This document shows positions 61,101 through 64,000 of a stretch of DNA of 64,000 nucleotides, piece after piece. The notes beneath the pieces were generated by a model. That model was not told where the DNA came from. It was given only the letters and a program-made list of their open reading frames with translations, and made no database searches. The stretch's first letter is position 1, and each line of letters begins with the position of its first letter. The stretch is from Guillardia theta CCMP2712. Lineage: Eukaryota > Protista > Cryptophyta. The position numbers and the translations under genes are program-made. The stretch is taken from assembly GCF_000315625.1 (NCBI RefSeq), contig NW_005434657.1, forward strand, positions 473,319 through 537,318, in the 5' to 3' direction.

Positions 61101-64000
61101 GTAACATACCTACTGCAGGCTGAACAGCGTGCTGCACAGTCTGAGAGCGATGCCTCGTTCCTCCGGGACAGGTGAAATCTCTTATCTAGCTTGGTTCTAC
61201 ATTCTGGAATTAAGCGGTATTTCTCAGACACAAATCACTCCAGTCTACCATGGACTCGATGAATACTGAGATTACGGGGCTCAGAGCCAAGATCTCTGAG
61301 CTCTCCATGAATGTCTCGTCATATGAACGCAAAGTTTCGGATCAGCAGACTGAACTCTTGAATGTCCGTTGGGAGAAGCAGAAGGAGAGTGATTCTAAGG
61401 TGAGCCTGACTGTTTTTATCCATAATCTGAGCCAATGACTGTCGTATTGAATCTTTCGTTTCCGTAGATTACAGCAGAGACGTCTCTGAAGCACTCAGAG
61501 GCCAAGATCAATCAGCTCAACCAGGTACCTTTTTCATGACTCGACGTGTTGTGCTCAATACATGCAGGAAATTGAAGCAATCAAGAATGAAAAGAATCAA
61601 GTATTGCTCATTCCTTCCCTCCAGTTGCTTGCTCACAAATTTGCTCAGATGCAAAGACTCCTAAACCAGATTTCGATGTCAAGAGATGAAGATCAGCGAC
61701 GATGGTCGGAGGACCTGAAACGAATGAGTGAAGACTTGGAAAGAAAGGAGAAGGATCTCACAGACCTTCGCAGCGAGGTAGATTCTCCTCTGATTTTCAG
61801 ATTTGATCATGTATCGATTTTCAGGTTGCCAAAGAAAGATCGAAGCTTGATGAAATGAGGGTAGCTTATGAGTACAAGATTGGAGAATTGCGAGCGGTGA
61901 GACGTTGAAGATCGAAGAGTTTTCCTGTCATCTGATTTGGTCTGGAAGTCCATGAGAAAGTCAGATGAAGAAATGGCTCATTTGCGTGAAGATAACATCA
62001 AGCTGGAAAGTGCTGCGAAGGTTGAAAATGAGAATCATTTGATCTGAGTGTAATTGTTTTTGATCGAATACTTCCTTTACAGAACTCTCAAGAAAAGGCG
62101 GACTTTTTCCAGAAGCAGCTCGAGTCTGCAGAGTCAAGATTCAGAGAAGCTCTTTATCAACAGCAGCAGTCAAGATGTGATGATCCCTTCACTGATCCCT
62201 TTCTCCTGACAAATCTCGAACAGCACTCGCAATCGAGGATTCTTCGAATCAGGTTCTCCACACATAGGAGAAATTCAAGGTAGATGACGCTTTCTCAGAA
62301 CCAGATTGCAGCCCCATCGACCAGCCTTGAATCAACAGAAGCTAGTCAAGGATCGCGATACAGAATTGTGATTCTGCTTTTTATGGATGACCTTGAGATT
62401 GAAAGATACTTCAACAGGCAGAGAACGATATTGCAGCACTGAAGAGTGAGATTGAACAGTTGAAACACGTCTGCCTCTTTTGTTTTCTCACGACTCCTTT
62501 GACTTTCCCTTCCAGCATCGCGACAACTGGAAGTCGATTGCAACGCAGGTAAATAATCGTGGCAAACATAGAGCTTCCAATGCAATAGCATTTATCATGA
62601 AGGACCTGCAGTCTCCATGTAGGATTCTGATGTTGATCGTCTCCAGCATGAGCAGGAGCTTACGACTCTCCGCCAGCATCTCGACACTAGCAGGGTAATC
62701 GATGAGTTTCAATGGATAGGACAGGCAGAATCTTATGCATACCTACAGGAGAGGGCAGAGAAAGAAAGGGCAGAGCTTGAGGTATCCATCTCACACAGAC
62801 ACCAGTCTTGGTCAACTTTCTCTTCTTGATCCGGATTTCAGGCCCTCCTCTCCGAGAAGACCACCCTCTTAGCACAAAGACAGGAGGTACCTGCAACCTT
62901 GCTTCGTGACCGACTGCTGACGTCATGTTTAGGCCATTTCCAAATTGACCGAGCAGGTTTCACATCTTGTGAAAACATTCTTCCAGGGCGCTAGTGACCG
63001 AGTGAAAGGTTCGGACTGCGACTTCTGAACGAGATCAGCTTCAGCAGCAAGTCGACACCCGAGAAGGAGGCTTGAAGGCCCAGATCAACCAGGTTGGCAT
63101 CTGCAGTTAAAAAGGATGTGCAAATGACATGGACTCAGCTGGAGCTGGAGCGAGATGGTCTTCGTGAACGATACAAGCTGAGCGTGGAAGAAAACGAGCG
63201 ACTTGATGAAATGAGAAAGCAGGTCGGTACTTGTCTGCTGTCTGAGGGACAGATGATGATGAAAGCAGGCCCTTGCAGATTACGAGCGAGAAGTGTCGCA
63301 AGTATAAAACTCCTGGTTCTCCAAAGAAATGAGATTGATAATGTTCTGTGCTCAGCATGCCTCCAAGCTGGAGGAACTGCGGCAGATCCGCTCTCGGCTT
63401 GGGTCAGTCATGATCAAGCTCGTTGGTAGCAGACGATGTGACATGAATGTTCAGAGAGGTCGAGGTTCAACTCAAAGAATCCCAGACAGCTCTCGAAGTG
63501 CGTCATTCCCATCTCATATCGAGTTGCCTGTAAAGGTAATTTTTCTAAAAGGCCTCCAATGGCGAGACTGCTCGCGAGACTGGTCGACTGAAAGAAGAAA
63601 ACAGAAATCTTCAGGTACGATCATTATCTCACCCTGTTTACCTCCTTGTCTCTAAAATACTATTATCTAGTTGCGCATTCAAGATTTGGAGCAGAAGGTA
63701 AATTCCTCCTGACACAATTCTTGTTATACTGACTGTGCAAAAAGATCCAAGACCTCGATGAAAGAAACACTCTGTTGGATTCACAGGCATTGAACAGGCT
63801 CTTGGAAACTTTCGATCGGTCACACTGTGCACTTGCAGCTCGCAAAGATTGACAAGGAGAAGGAAGAACGTCTGCTGTCTTTGTCGGCCTCCATCTCGAA
63901 TGCGGGTATGGCATGCTGCATGTGAATTGGACGTTGACGTGGAGACGAAGATGAGAGCATGGAGCTTCAAGATGACAATGACAAGCAGATGCGAGAGATG
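58186..64000 (+). CDS. TPR: Nuclear basket protein TPR/Mlp1/NUA homolog (5' part; runs off the window end)
   Basis: Long coiled-coil exons with family motifs VVKELQDKGPAILRQRQEWE, FITQHLVIYKNVNQLQEQNQKLLKVVRQL, LVQQRDMYRILLA, NWKSIA, YEREV...HA and IQDLDERNTLLDSQL. Confidence 0.88.

Noticed and set aside
1-64000. tRNA, rRNA or other structured ncRNA genes
   Set aside because: None recognised by eye; a tRNAscan-SE/Infernal search would be needed to exclude them.

Overview
This is eukaryotic nuclear DNA, not a prokaryotic window. Genes are dense and split by many short (about 45-70 nt) introns, mostly GT-AG with some GC-AG, so most long ORFs in the six-frame track are exon fragments or antisense shadows. 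Intron style, a small RWP-RK gene and an AEAF/AP bipartite plastid-targeting peptide point to an alga with a red secondary plastid, probably a Guillardia-like cryptophyte (inference). Manual splicing gives, in order: an RWP-RK gene; a decayed non-LTR retroelement; a tandem DNAJC9-like duplication with a damaged first copy; SnoaL/NTF2-like, PDZ, CEP164-like WW and ankyrin genes; two tandem carnosine-synthase-like ATP-grasp ligases convergent with an alpha/beta hydrolase; an ARM-TIR-PDZ-SAM-like gene; an ATRX-like SNF2 helicase with C-terminal zinc ribbons; a TPR-ankyrin gene; a secreted protein ending in two LysM domains; a plastid-targeted orphan; a multi-pass membrane protein of about 1250 aa with two RelA/SpoT-like nucleotidyltransferase domains; a Crinkler-like NTPase-REase pseudogene; and the 5' part of nucleoporin TPR/Mlp1. 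The strongest candidates for something new are the membrane twin RelA/SpoT-like protein (TM-NTase-TM-ectodomain-TM-NTase), the ARM-TIR-PDZ-SAM protein, the ATP-grasp pair with its hydrolase, and a recurrent polarised intergenic element (ACCCC-rich tract next to a GC island). All domain calls come from motif recognition by eye, and many gene termini are approximate.
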